DNA from: Laetmonice hystrix
Lineage: Eukaryota
Direction of reading: 5' to 3'
NCBI GenBank assembly: GCA_965235115.1
Contig: OZ249437.1
Span: forward strand, 48,856,001 to 48,920,000
Length of the DNA stretch: 64,000 nucleotides
A program made the position numbers and the translations under genes. Shown here piece by piece: positions 1 through 11,039 of the stretch (positions are counted from its first letter, which is position 1; each line of letters begins with the position of its first letter). A model generated the notes under the pieces. That model saw only the letters and a program-made list of their open reading frames with translations, had not been told where the DNA came from and did not search any database.

Positions 1-1771
1 TAAATAAACCTCATTGTCATACTGTACTGTAAATGTTTTCATAGTATACGATTTGTTTTCTGTCAAGTTTGACAGTTCATGATGTTCATTATGCAATCAA
101 AGATCACCTGTGTGAAGGGTCTTAATCATTTAATTGATATCAGGTTTTGTAGTAAGTGACTGATGTTTTAGGAGAGTCACTTAATATAATTCAGATTACC
201 TTGTCCTTTCTTTATGCTTGGACTCGCTTAGTTTACTGTTTGCCATTTTACATTAGCAGCATTATTTAACAGCTGATAAAAATATATTTCTCCTTGCATA
301 AACTTTGTATTTTGTCTAGGTCATTTTGAATGTTTTTAGAAGAATTACAGTGTATCTCATTTCAATGACTCTAAAATGCAGACATGGAAATAGAGAAATC
401 TAATGAAATTCAACATTCCAGTTGCTTGTTAAGGAAGTGAAAGTCTTTATCGCTGGTTGTTGGCAAAATCGTTAACCTGGGATTCACTAGAACAGCCAAT
501 GAAATTCATCAGGCCATGACCCGCTTAGTGTATTGCCAAACCTAGGTTCTAAAAAGCACGTGGGGGGGGGGGGGTGTTCCCAATTTGCATGTATTCTACG
601 GCTTGCCAGTCACATGTGAAGTAGGCCTACTTATTGCTGCCCATGATTAGCTCATTGTAAATATGCCACCGAAGATATCCGATTCTACCAAGAAAAGGAG
701 AAAAAGCGAGATAGGTAAAGAACGTGACACATGGTTTTTATTGGGGAAGCAGTGGTGATCTCATGGCCTGGGGTAAGGCAGACAGACCGTGTTGGAGTCG
801 CCAACCTGCTACTTAACGGTTAAGCTAGGCTAAGAAAACAAAATCAATTTTCAAAACTATAAAAGTGCCATATGTGACTGACCTTGATAAAGGCGAAGAC
901 CTGGTCAGAAGATTTCCTTCCGTTTCGTAAGCCAGTCACGGCCGTCCTTCAAGGCTGTGGAGAGAGGTCACTCGTGAAGGAATCCCGAGATGTAGACTGG
1001 TAGAGTCTGCGATAATTTCAAACTAGTAGAAAATGGCAATGTAAACAAAGACTGGATTAAGGAGACTTGAGTGGTGACCCAGGTAGTTTAACAAGTTGCC
1101 ATAATATGGCAACTTACGACTCGGCAAAGTGTTGACTTTCCGAATTCTTTCTTTCTGGATTTCTTGCCAATTGATTGCCCAATTGTGTGCACATTGTATG
1201 AAATTCAGGAGATTGGTTGGGCCGACTTGGGAAATCGGGTAGTGGGACATACACAGGTGATTCCTTGGGGGATGATGCCTCGCTTCAAATTAAGGTTGAT
1301 TTTGTTAAGTACGGTGAGATACTCTGTGATTCCTTTAAAGAAATCAAAAGTGTGTTAGAAAGTTCAGTATAAAGGCATGCCTATCTTGATCAGTTTTTGC
1401 TCACATGTACATTTCTTTGGGGGTCACTTTTCCATTAAAAAGTAACGTCCAGCTTATTGTTATTCAGTATATATGGCAAAGTATTGTTTGCTTTGCCTTT
1501 GCTATGCTTCAAAAATTCTGTCACTTCATGATCATTTCATTCATGTCTTCATCCAACACTGGCCATCCCTTTATTGAGGACCTACTTACTCTCTGTTGTA
1601 TTCATACCAACCTGAAAAGTAGTTCTATGTGTTGCATTATGAATTTTTCCAGAGTGAATAGCACTAGAGATGAAATGCATGTAGAACCACTGCATTGCCC
1701 CATGTATACTTGATGGTGGCATGCCCAATAAACCTCTCCTAATGCCAGTGCCCTCCATTCTGACCCTGAAG

Positions 1772-4700
1772 ATTCACGAACATTCAAAAAAGCAAGCCTA
1801 CGGTAACGGTGCAGCAGGTCAGGACAAACATGGCCTTACAGCAGCAAGCATCTGCAAAGAACAGGAGACTTGCTCAGCAGATGGCAAACCGCCCTACAGT
1901 TCAGACAGCCCTAAAGGTCAAAAAGGTATGTGGGACCAAGCTTCAGAAATTTTATATTACAATTAGTCTACATGTTAAGATGTTGAGCCAAGATTACTAA
2001 TTAGTAATTTTATTACAGTTATTTAATTGCAGCATTTTGTAATCTTGCATTATTTCAGTGTGAAAGATAGATGGCTCTATTGTACTTCCCTAAAACATTA
2101 TACTCAATCATGAGGTATTCCTCCCCCACATTTTTTTTAAGCAGAGATTAAAATTTAATATGTACAGCAGTTTAACACACATTTTGCTCCCTATATTTTC
2201 CAAGATGAGTAAAATTTATATCTGGAAAATGGATTATGGAATTAACTGTAACATACAATGTATATATTTTTTTATTCCTCAAGACAGGAAGAGTGTCTTG
2301 ATCTAGTAACAGTGAATTAAAAATATATACCTGACAACCATTCCGCATTCTGCATACATTTGTACTTCTTAAAATAATATGGAGTTGCAAAATTTACAGA
2401 ACAAGAATATACATGTTCACTTGAATCTGTTTCCCATTCAAGGCACATTATATCTGGCCCTGGCTCAGTAACTGATGTCCCGATCGAAACCCAGAGTTGA
2501 TGATGATTGCATCACACTTTAAGGAACACAACTTAAGTGATTCTGTGCAGTTTTCTTGACGTTCAGAAAAGCTTTCAGTGTGTTTCATTGAGACCAAACA
2601 CATCTGCCACTTCAGGCTGCACAACGCCATGTGTAAAATCTGAGAAAGCCTTGGTGGGCATGTCAGGCCAATCGTACGTGTTGTAGAATATTGGTTGCAA
2701 GATAATAATTAATGGCCCAATCGTTGTAGTTCATGGACATTGGGTTGTGATCAAGGGTTGCTGTAGCCCAAGCAGTGCCAGTAATATAAGAAACCAACTG
2801 CTCTAATTTTAGTGCTAATGGTGTAATGCCGATCAAATCTGGTCAAGTTTGTTCACTCAAAACGTTTAAAAATAACTATTGGTTGATCATCTCAAGAACT
2901 AATGGAACAGGTCAAGAGTTTGCTGGATTGGTTACATTTCTCTGGAGTTTGTTTGGTAAAGAAGGGGCAACTGTTGGAGAAGATGCAGTTCTGCAAATGA
3001 GCAGTAAAAGATTAGGCCCACTGTGTAGGAGACATCTACTCCCCCCCCCCCCCACGTTGGTATCGGGTTCACACTTTCCCCCTATTGTTTTCTGCATGGG
3101 CATATTTTGGTACTGGTACCATTAATATTAGCAAGACACCATTGTGTCGTTGCACTCTAATACTGACGCCACACATTGTCTTAAGACTGAAAAAAGGACT
3201 CGTACATTTACAAACTCGGTGTACTCTAAGTGCCTAACATGCCCAGAAACTGTAGCCAAATCAGTTTCACTAACTAAAATTCATTCCAGTTAGCCAGAGT
3301 ATGTGTGGAAGGGATCTCAATGTACAGTTTACCTTGCCAGTCTGACCAGCCCCGCCCTTCAGCGGGGCTGGTCTGCTCTCAATGCAAAAAATTAGCAATG
3401 GTTTACATGTCTCAAGTTCCTGGTCCAAGAGGCGCCGTAAGGTTTGAAAATATTTGCCAAATTGAAGCACTCGGCTCAATCAAGAATGCTGTTGCACTGC
3501 ACCATCTTCTAAATGGGCACTGTCAGTTGGTAAAGAAAACTTAGACTGGCAGATACCTTTGTGTACATGTACCCGGTATGGAATGTCCAAGGAGCAGTGG
3601 TCCACAATTTCTGAGCTACATTCATACCAGAGCCAATAGCTTTCATTTACCACCAGTTGGCCTGGTGTGTCAGTAGTCTTACATGAACTTCTTAATGTCA
3701 CGCTCTGGATAGGATAGGATAGGATAGGAGTCGGTGTACAGAGATGGGAAGAAGTGCTTACCTGATGATATTGGGGTTTGAAAACATGACAGATCTGAAC
3801 ATACATGTGTTTGAAGATTGTCTGGCCGGATCTTTAACATCTTGTCCAATGCAGTGTGTTACTGCTAGTAAAGGGATGTGGGTGAACTTTCCACCATAAG
3901 TGTTCCCTTCAACATCTCATTTATAAGTGAATTTGTAGTGCCATACCCTTGAAACAAAACTTGGATTAGAGACTTCTCTCTGACACCATACATTTCTGTC
4001 TATTTAGGAAAACCGTTACGATCAACCATGGCCCAATCAACATGGGCCAAACAACGGCTATTTTCGAAATGATGACATGAGACTTGGCAGTGAGGTAGGC
4101 GATAGTGTGGTGTTAAATGTTGTACAGTGAATGAAGAGTCAGTCTCCTTGTTTGAGGATGTCTCCCCCACTGGCTGGCAGTAAACCCTGCTAGTATATGT
4201 GCTCAGTGGAAAAAACCCCATGAAATTAATGAACCAATATCACCCAAGACTAGTGACTGACTTTCCGTCCAATAAAGTGTTAAAACAAGTCGGTCATTGA
4301 GCAAGATTTGAAACTTGACTAAAAGAGGTGCAACCTCACTAGAATGGCTTGCTTGGGAGTACTCTGTATGTTGTGATACCAGTCATACCACTGGTGAATT
4401 TACTTTACTTCTAATTTGACTAATCATTAAGCAGGATTTTATTTCGAGTTTTTAAAGCTGAGTACAAGTGATTCATACTAGAGTTTATTACTAAATTGAG
4501 GTATGTTTTCCAGTGCAGGATCCATCTTTCCTTGTTAACAAAGCTCATAGTTGCCTAAGTTTTGTTAACACCCTTGTGAATAATGGTCATTTTTGTGCAT
4601 ATTTATACGTGGTACATGCAAATGTTTGTTACATTGCCAAAAATAAAAATAAAAATGTCGACGCAAAAAAATATAGTCCCTGAAAACTAACCCACCCCAT

Positions 4701-7700
4701 AAAATATATAGCCCGCATAAAGATTTGGTGTGTCACTGAAATTAATACTTAAATGCTTTCAGAGAAGCCTCCAACAGCGTTTGGGAAGCAACATTAAGTC
4801 TCGCCTGACCTTAAATGGACCCCGTGGACGGGGCATGGGGATTCGAGGAGGGCCCATTCGAGGTGGACCTTTACGTGGCAGAGGGCGTGGAAGGGGCAGC
4901 CTGCAGAACCAACAATCAGTCACAAGTGGGCAGAGTGACCAAGGCTCCATATCAAGTAGAGGGCGTGGGCGCGGGCGCGGGCGAGGTCTAATGCGCGGCA
5001 GCTTCAGAGGAAACAATCCTTGTGAGGCTCCATTTCTCTTGTTGTATTTCAAACTAACTCATCAGCCTTTATAAAATACAAGGTTATTTAGAGTCAATAC
5101 CTTTCAGTATCAGTACATTGTTAAACACAGGTTAGATTATATATTTGTATGGTATTTTGTGTTACCTAGTGTTATGGTAATGAATTTTTGGGTTTAAGCT
5201 CGTGGGAGAGGAGCAGCATCTTTTCCTCGTGGACGTGGTGGCCAAATGACAAGGTTAGTTGAGTGCTCAGTTCATTACTATTACTTGGTGACAAATGACA
5301 CCAATCCAAATGAAAGCATGGAGATGTATAAATTTACAAAAAAAATATGTAACAACTTAATAAATATTCTGATTAAATATTGCATAAACTGAATTTTATG
5401 AGCCAGGTTCTAAAAAGGCAAACCTAGCAAGTATAATACAGTAATATTTTGAAGTATAAAACCTGTGAAAACCTTTAGAGAAGGAAGACTTGCTATATAG
5501 GTCTTTAATCTCTGGCTTAGCTAAATACTTAATTATCCCATAAAAACATGTAACATGTTTTGATGAGGGTCACAAAAGGTGGAGTGCTGTATTCATGCGC
5601 CAGGCATCAAGTTCCATACTTTATATGTGCTTGGATTATTTCTAATTTGACGAAAAGAGCCAACTGTAAACAAGGATTAACAACAGATTAGCTGTGGGAC
5701 ACCCTCCCCCATTTTTTTCGACGCGGTGCTCACAAAGCAGTGGCAAACTGAGGGGGTGGAGCCTGCTGTTGGGACAGCCGAGCGTAATTTATAATACATG
5801 TTCCGGCACTTCACGTAACGTGTACAATAATCCTTAGGCCTTATGGAACACGCGTTCCATACAGACAACCATATGGCAGCCCCTGAATGGCACTGGTAGA
5901 AGGCGCATATAAATGTATGAAATGTAGTTGAGGTATTTCACAACGTGAAGCCATAAAAGCTGATGAAAGTGATCTCTGAGAATACAGAGAGATGGAAAGA
6001 AGCCAATGGAGCTGAGGAGAAAGCAAAGTGCCTACGAGAAGGATTCAGAAAAAAGTATTAGGGGGAAGAGGGGTTTACCTGGTATATGGATCTTGAAAAT
6101 TGTGGCGAGTTCCAGATAGAAAGCCTCATGCCTGGAATTGTAGAAAATGAGAAAATTTTAAATATCTTGGAAATTCACATCTCAAGGTTGACATATTTTT
6201 TTATAGTCCTAAACTCTGGTTTAGTGGTTAAGCTGGTGACACATACAAGCGTTTACCGCATCCGTACACCGCGTCCAGTCATCGCATCCGTCCAAACGGG
6301 ATTCGACATTATGGTTTACAACCAAGCATGACACACACCTCCGGCCACGATCATCGGGTGCGATCAAACGGATCCGTTGATCGCAATTTTCCAACACTGC
6401 CCAATTTTTGCGATGAACGCTCCGGTAAACGAAAGGGGAACTCCATATTATGACGTCAAATTGGGGAAGCCCTCCACCAACCATGCCGCGGGAATATACA
6501 ACCCTGACAAAGCAACAGGTAGGGGAGCTGATAGAGGGTGTCAGAAGACACCCCTATCTATAATGCGCGACACATATTGCATCATGACACAGAAAAGTGT
6601 CAAAATGCCTGGGAGGCAATCAAAAGTACACTACAAACGGAATTAAGCGGTGATTAGCTAGACTGTGTGATGGTAACATGTTCCTGACATATTGGACCGT
6701 ATAGGAATCATGCAGTAGGAACCCGGTTAAGCCATGTACCAGGCACATTTACTTTCTTATCATGTCATCATCGACATATATATCCCAAAAAGGCGTAAAT
6801 GCGGTATTTCAGGGGGTCACGACAGGGTGTCCCTTGCACTGCTCTCCCAATAGCCACAGACCTGATTTTTTGCAGACATTACACCCAGCCCCTCTAGAAC
6901 CACTGCAAATCATTTTACAGGGCTGCAAAATGAATTCATAGTCCAGGAAACAAATTATTTCGTGGGTTTGGTGAAGAAAATTTATTGCGACGTATGGACG
7001 TTTTGGTTTCGCCGCTTGTGTGTGTCATGTGTTGCCGCATGGTTGCCGTCCGTTCATCGCATCAGGTAACCGGGTGCGTCAAACGCTACTGCGATTACCG
7101 CAGGTATGTGTCACCGGCTTTACTCTGTTGCTCAGCAGAACTCTGCACATGACAGTCAGTGTAGTGTAGTCAACATCAAGGTTACTACAGTCGTTTGGGT
7201 GGCCGTTTAGCTGCCAAGGGGAACTAGCCGAGTTGATGTAGACACTAAGTTACTAAAGTCAGAAAAGAAGGCAAGTTCTCTGTCTTTGCCAATTTGAATT
7301 TACCAGTACGTGGTCATGTGACCCAACACATCGTTCAGTTGGAGGAGCATTAATGAGTTTTGAGTTGGGCTGGACCTTGGCCAGTGATTTATTACTACCC
7401 TTGAATGGTCAGTATGTCCTATGGCAGGTTCCCCCTTAAGATTTCCTTTCTCAAGATCTGTTTATAAAACAGTGATGGGTTAATGTTTACAAAGTTTGCC
7501 TGAGAACAGACTCCTGGCTCCACGAACTGGATAAGGCCAAGATGGGATGCTGGCCTTGAACTGAAACACTGCTTTTAGAATCCAGATCTTGGAAACTTCG
7601 TCTGATAAATAATCAAATCCTTTTCACAATAAGACAAAGTCCAGGATGGTGGGTTCAGTGGTTCCTTTCTAATCCAAGGCCGCATTAAAATACTTGATCT

Positions 7701-9681
7701 ACTTCCTGGTGATATAACAGCAATATTTCACTGGCCATAATGCTGAAAGGCAAAGACAAGTAATGGATCCCTTTAAAAATATTTTTATTGAATATAAATC
7801 CCTACATTGAATGAAAGTTCATTGTCAATTTGCATGTATTATCAATTTGCAAGGATTTGCAACTGGCAGGAGAAAATGGTAGACTTTTATATTTGAATGG
7901 TGATGCATATTCATGCAAGTAGATGAGGGATCATAGCTACACTTAGAGCAGTGTAATGTTGAGTCCAGAAGTTGAGCTAGAGTGTGCTACAAAGGACTGG
8001 TAATGAGCTATCCAGTGGTAAAAGTTTGCTGTTGGCATTGCAAATGCTGACGGCTGGCCTTGTTGTACTTTAGGTTTAGTGATGGTGACTGGAGAGGTCG
8101 TGGAGGACGTGGCCGAGGCGCCTTTAGGGGCCGAGATGGCTTTAGGGGGCGTGATATGTAAGGAAAATGGCACAAGCACACAAATAGGACTGTTAGATGT
8201 GATTTGGCATGTGACTGGCTTCTAGGCGTCCACCACTCTGTAGTACCAGTTGGTTTACCTGTCATGGAGGTGGTCATCACTATAGTAACGCCACCATGTC
8301 TGTCAGCCTAGCAGCCCAACTCACTGACAACTGTATAGTCTCTGGCCTACGTCTGTACTGTGTACATCAATGTACTGGGAGTGGCAGCTTTGTCTCGCAC
8401 AGAAATGGTCTAAGGGCATAAATTGACAGGTTTTCTTGTATATTATTTGCTAAAGCAGGAGCAGCTCTACCTAGAAGCCATATACCAGTAACCAGGCATC
8501 AATACTACTCTTGCATGGAAATCGTGAAATATTACTGTATTCAGTGTTGCACTAATTTGTTAGAAGAAATGGTCACCCATTTGCCAAATTTTCTGTCCCG
8601 TATTAATTATGTTTGGAGAATTTCCCACATGCTGCTTCTTTTCTTCTCTCTCGTTATTTGTACATGTGTACTAATTTTTTACTGTGCTACTGTGAGGTGG
8701 CACATTGGACATTAGCATTTTTGCATGGATTTTTTCCCTCCCCACCTCGCCCTCCCAAAATAGATTGCTTGGATGTCCAGTGGACGCTGTATACTGCCAA
8801 TGGAAAAAACTGTACCTTGTTTAAAAATCACCTGCAGCTGTATACGTGCATCAGTGATCCAGTATAAAAAGAAAACTAGAATTTGCTTATGAGAACTACT
8901 TTCTATCTGTGTAGATTATTAACTTGCCTTGGAAATCTGTGATAACTAGCGATTGATTTCTCCTCTAGAAGTGAATGGAATTTTTGTTTTTATCCTTTCC
9001 AGTTTAGTGACTAAATGAATGTTATGATAATTTTGCAGATGTATTGAGATCAATTGAGTCTTGTCGAGTATTTTGGTTGTCTTTAAAGTTGTGTCCATAG
9101 TTAGCAGCATAATGAGTGAGGCATTTTTGTGACTGCATCGGTGATTGCATAGACTGTTCTTGCAATTTTAGAGACTGGAGCCCCTGGCAGTAGATTATCT
9201 GGTTATCTGGCTTGTAGTAGAGCTGGAGGAGATAAGTTGAATATATGATGCTCTAATGGCCTTTTTAGTGTGATTTCTTTCCTTTGAAGCAGATAAATCG
9301 GAATTGAAAGGACATCAACATGTTAAAGTGATAACCGAACTAGTAAATGTATGATGTTTAGTGGAAGATTGTCTGTTTGTTGAGAAGACAGTGTTTGAGT
9401 ACTGTGTTTGTATTCATAGGAGTCAGGGAGGCCGCGGACGTTTCCTACGTGGTGGTCGAGGTCGAGCTCGAGGGCGTGGTGTCAGCACTGGTGGTCGTGG
9501 TGGTCAGAATGTCCGTGGTTCTAACACCAGAGGCGGACCCAGGGGCAGAGGTCGAGGAGGTCAACCCAAAAACATGACCAAAGAACAACTGGACTCGCAG
9601 TTGGACGAGTACATGTCCAAGACCAAGACCTACTTGGATGCTGAACTTGATGCATACATGGCAACGGCTGTAATGGAATGA
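1772..9681 (+). CDS. CHTOP: Chromatin target of PRMT1 (CHTOP/FOP), 5'-partial, spliced
   Basis: Exons traced with AG/GT boundaries and consistent phase: 1772-1925 (FTNIQKSKP...[29 protein letters not shown]), 4763-5021 ([15 protein letters not shown] + RGG repeats), 5199-5253, 8074-8157, 9420-9681 (…[35 protein letters not shown]). The N-terminal '[23 protein letters not shown]'-like segment and C-terminal 'KEQLDxQLDxYM..LDAELDAYM' motif match CHTOP as recalled. The start-codon exon is not in the window. Confidence 0.93.
3707..3729. repeat. (GGATA)n pentanucleotide microsatellite
   Basis: ggataggataggataggatagga, about 4.6 units. Confidence 0.9.
6231..7119. mobile_element. Non-autonomous PIF/Harbinger-like DNA transposon (889 bp) in a CHTOP intron
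   Basis: 16-bp TIRs AGCTGGTGACACATAC (6231) and GTATGTGTCACCGGCT (ends 7119), 1 mismatch. Flanked by identical TTA (6228-6230, 7120-7122), the TWA-type TSD of PIF/Harbinger. CpG-rich subterminal repeats (gcatccgt, atcgcatc). No transposase ORF recognised. Confidence 0.8.
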
Positions 9682-10464
9682 GGGCTCAAAGGGCTAGTAG
9701 AATAACGTTTTGTCATGTACTAGTCTTGGAAAAGCAGGATGCACGAGTTTCATTCTGGAAGTCGAGTACAAATTTTAATCTGCATCAGTTTGACATGGAA
9801 GGGGACGTTATCATAAAGTAATGTTTTATCTTAAATCTTAAATCGAGGGTATGATGCTGTAAACCTTTTGATTGTAGCACCCCCCCCCCATTTTATTCAA
9901 CGCACAGAAATAAGTTTCATTTGTATACAGGTAATGAACTGGTAGTGGCAGCACCAGCATAGTTGCAACTAGTTGTACTTACATATGGTCTAAACTAGTG
10001 CATACAGTTCGTTGAACATGTAAATACCTTGTAACAGATATGGAAGATGATAAAAAGAAGTCTCGGCATCCTGAAGGTTAAAATTCTTGTCAAGAGAAGG
10101 TTTTCAGGTAGGTTGTGAATCTCACACTGGGGGTTGGTTTATATCATGCATGTAGTATCTAATTTAAAAAAAACCTGATATCTATGATGCAGTGGGACCA
10201 ACTCCTGCAGCATGTTCAAATGCTACCTTCTATAATGCGAGATCATTACAGAAATTCGAGAAGCTTCCAGAGACATACTTGCGTTATGCTTACAACATGC
10301 ATATTATTCCAGACAGTGTCTGATTTGTTAGGTTTTTTTTCGCCATTTTTAGCTTGTTCTCGTGTCAGTCAATTTTGATTTGGGGACCATGTGTTTTCCT
10401 AAAGAAAAGAAGACAGGTTACCAAAGGCAAATTCAGTGTCTAAAGATAATATTTTTGTTTTGTA

Positions 10465-10470
10465 AATAAA
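10465..10470 (+). terminator. Candidate polyadenylation signal (AATAAA) of CHTOP
   Basis: AATAAA about 785 nt after the CHTOP stop, followed by T/GT-rich sequence (cttgtatagctggttgtgtt). A second AATAAA lies near 10818. Confidence 0.55.
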
Positions 10471-11039
10471 GTAAACTTGCACTTGTATAGCTGGTTGTGT
10501 TAGAATTGTATGAATGCAAGGATTCGCAAAATTCCTACTTTAGTTAGAATTTTAGTTCGTAAATTGGTTGCTCCCCATAATGCACAGCTTGCCTAATTTT
10601 TTTTTATAGTCTGGAAGTATAAATTTGGTAACAAACTCAAAAGAAAGGATAAAAAATGCCAAGTTATTATTTTGTAATACTTAAATTCAGTCTGGCCTGT
10701 TGGCATCAATAGTTATGGCTCTCGGTAAATTTGTCCATAAGGGTTCAGGTATGTCACTTGTACATACACCTGGCTTGGTTTACAAATCTTGAGACCCATG
10801 TAATTATAATTTCAACAAATAAAAGATATTTTTTAACAAGAATGCGTTGTCATGCAAGGTAAAGCTGTAATGCTGGTTGACCAGTAACCGTCACCCACCC
10901 ATACAAATTAGCTTTTTAATTTAAAGCCCATCCAGTCCTTCATTTGGATCTAATGTAATTTTTGAACCTCACTAACGACGGGTTGTCAAAAGGAAGATGG
11001 CGAGTTTATTTGATCTTACAGAATTTTACACAAGAATTT

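Noticed and set aside
662-714. Exon-like segment ending GATAG|GTAAAG as the missing first CHTOP coding exon
   Set aside because: In the frame that joins exon 1772 it encodes YATEDIRFYQEKEKKRDR, with no ATG and no resemblance to the CHTOP N-terminus (KVVLKSTTKMSLNER).
2472-2497. CTGATG..GAAAC hammerhead-like core (also 3764-3785 and 868-912)
   Set aside because: The core is mismatched (CTGATGT) and stems I-III cannot be formed with a proper NUH cleavage site.
2500-2643. C box (ATGATGA) ... D box (CTGA) pair in a CHTOP intron, suggesting a C/D snoRNA
   Set aside because: There is no terminal stem, it is about 144 nt long, and I recognised no rRNA-complementary guide. An Rfam/snoscan search would be needed. 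A similar weak pair at 79-163 was rejected for the same reasons.
6217-6233. TGGTTTAGTGGTTAAG, resembling a tRNA/SINE A-box
   Set aside because: There is no B-box (GTTCGA) or cloverleaf after removing the adjacent Harbinger-like insertion.
7172-7236. Possible poison exon in a CHTOP intron (…AAG|GTTACTAC… reading [14 protein letters not shown])
   Set aside because: The acceptor lacks a polypyrimidine tract and no convincing donor was identified. It is unsupported without RNA data.
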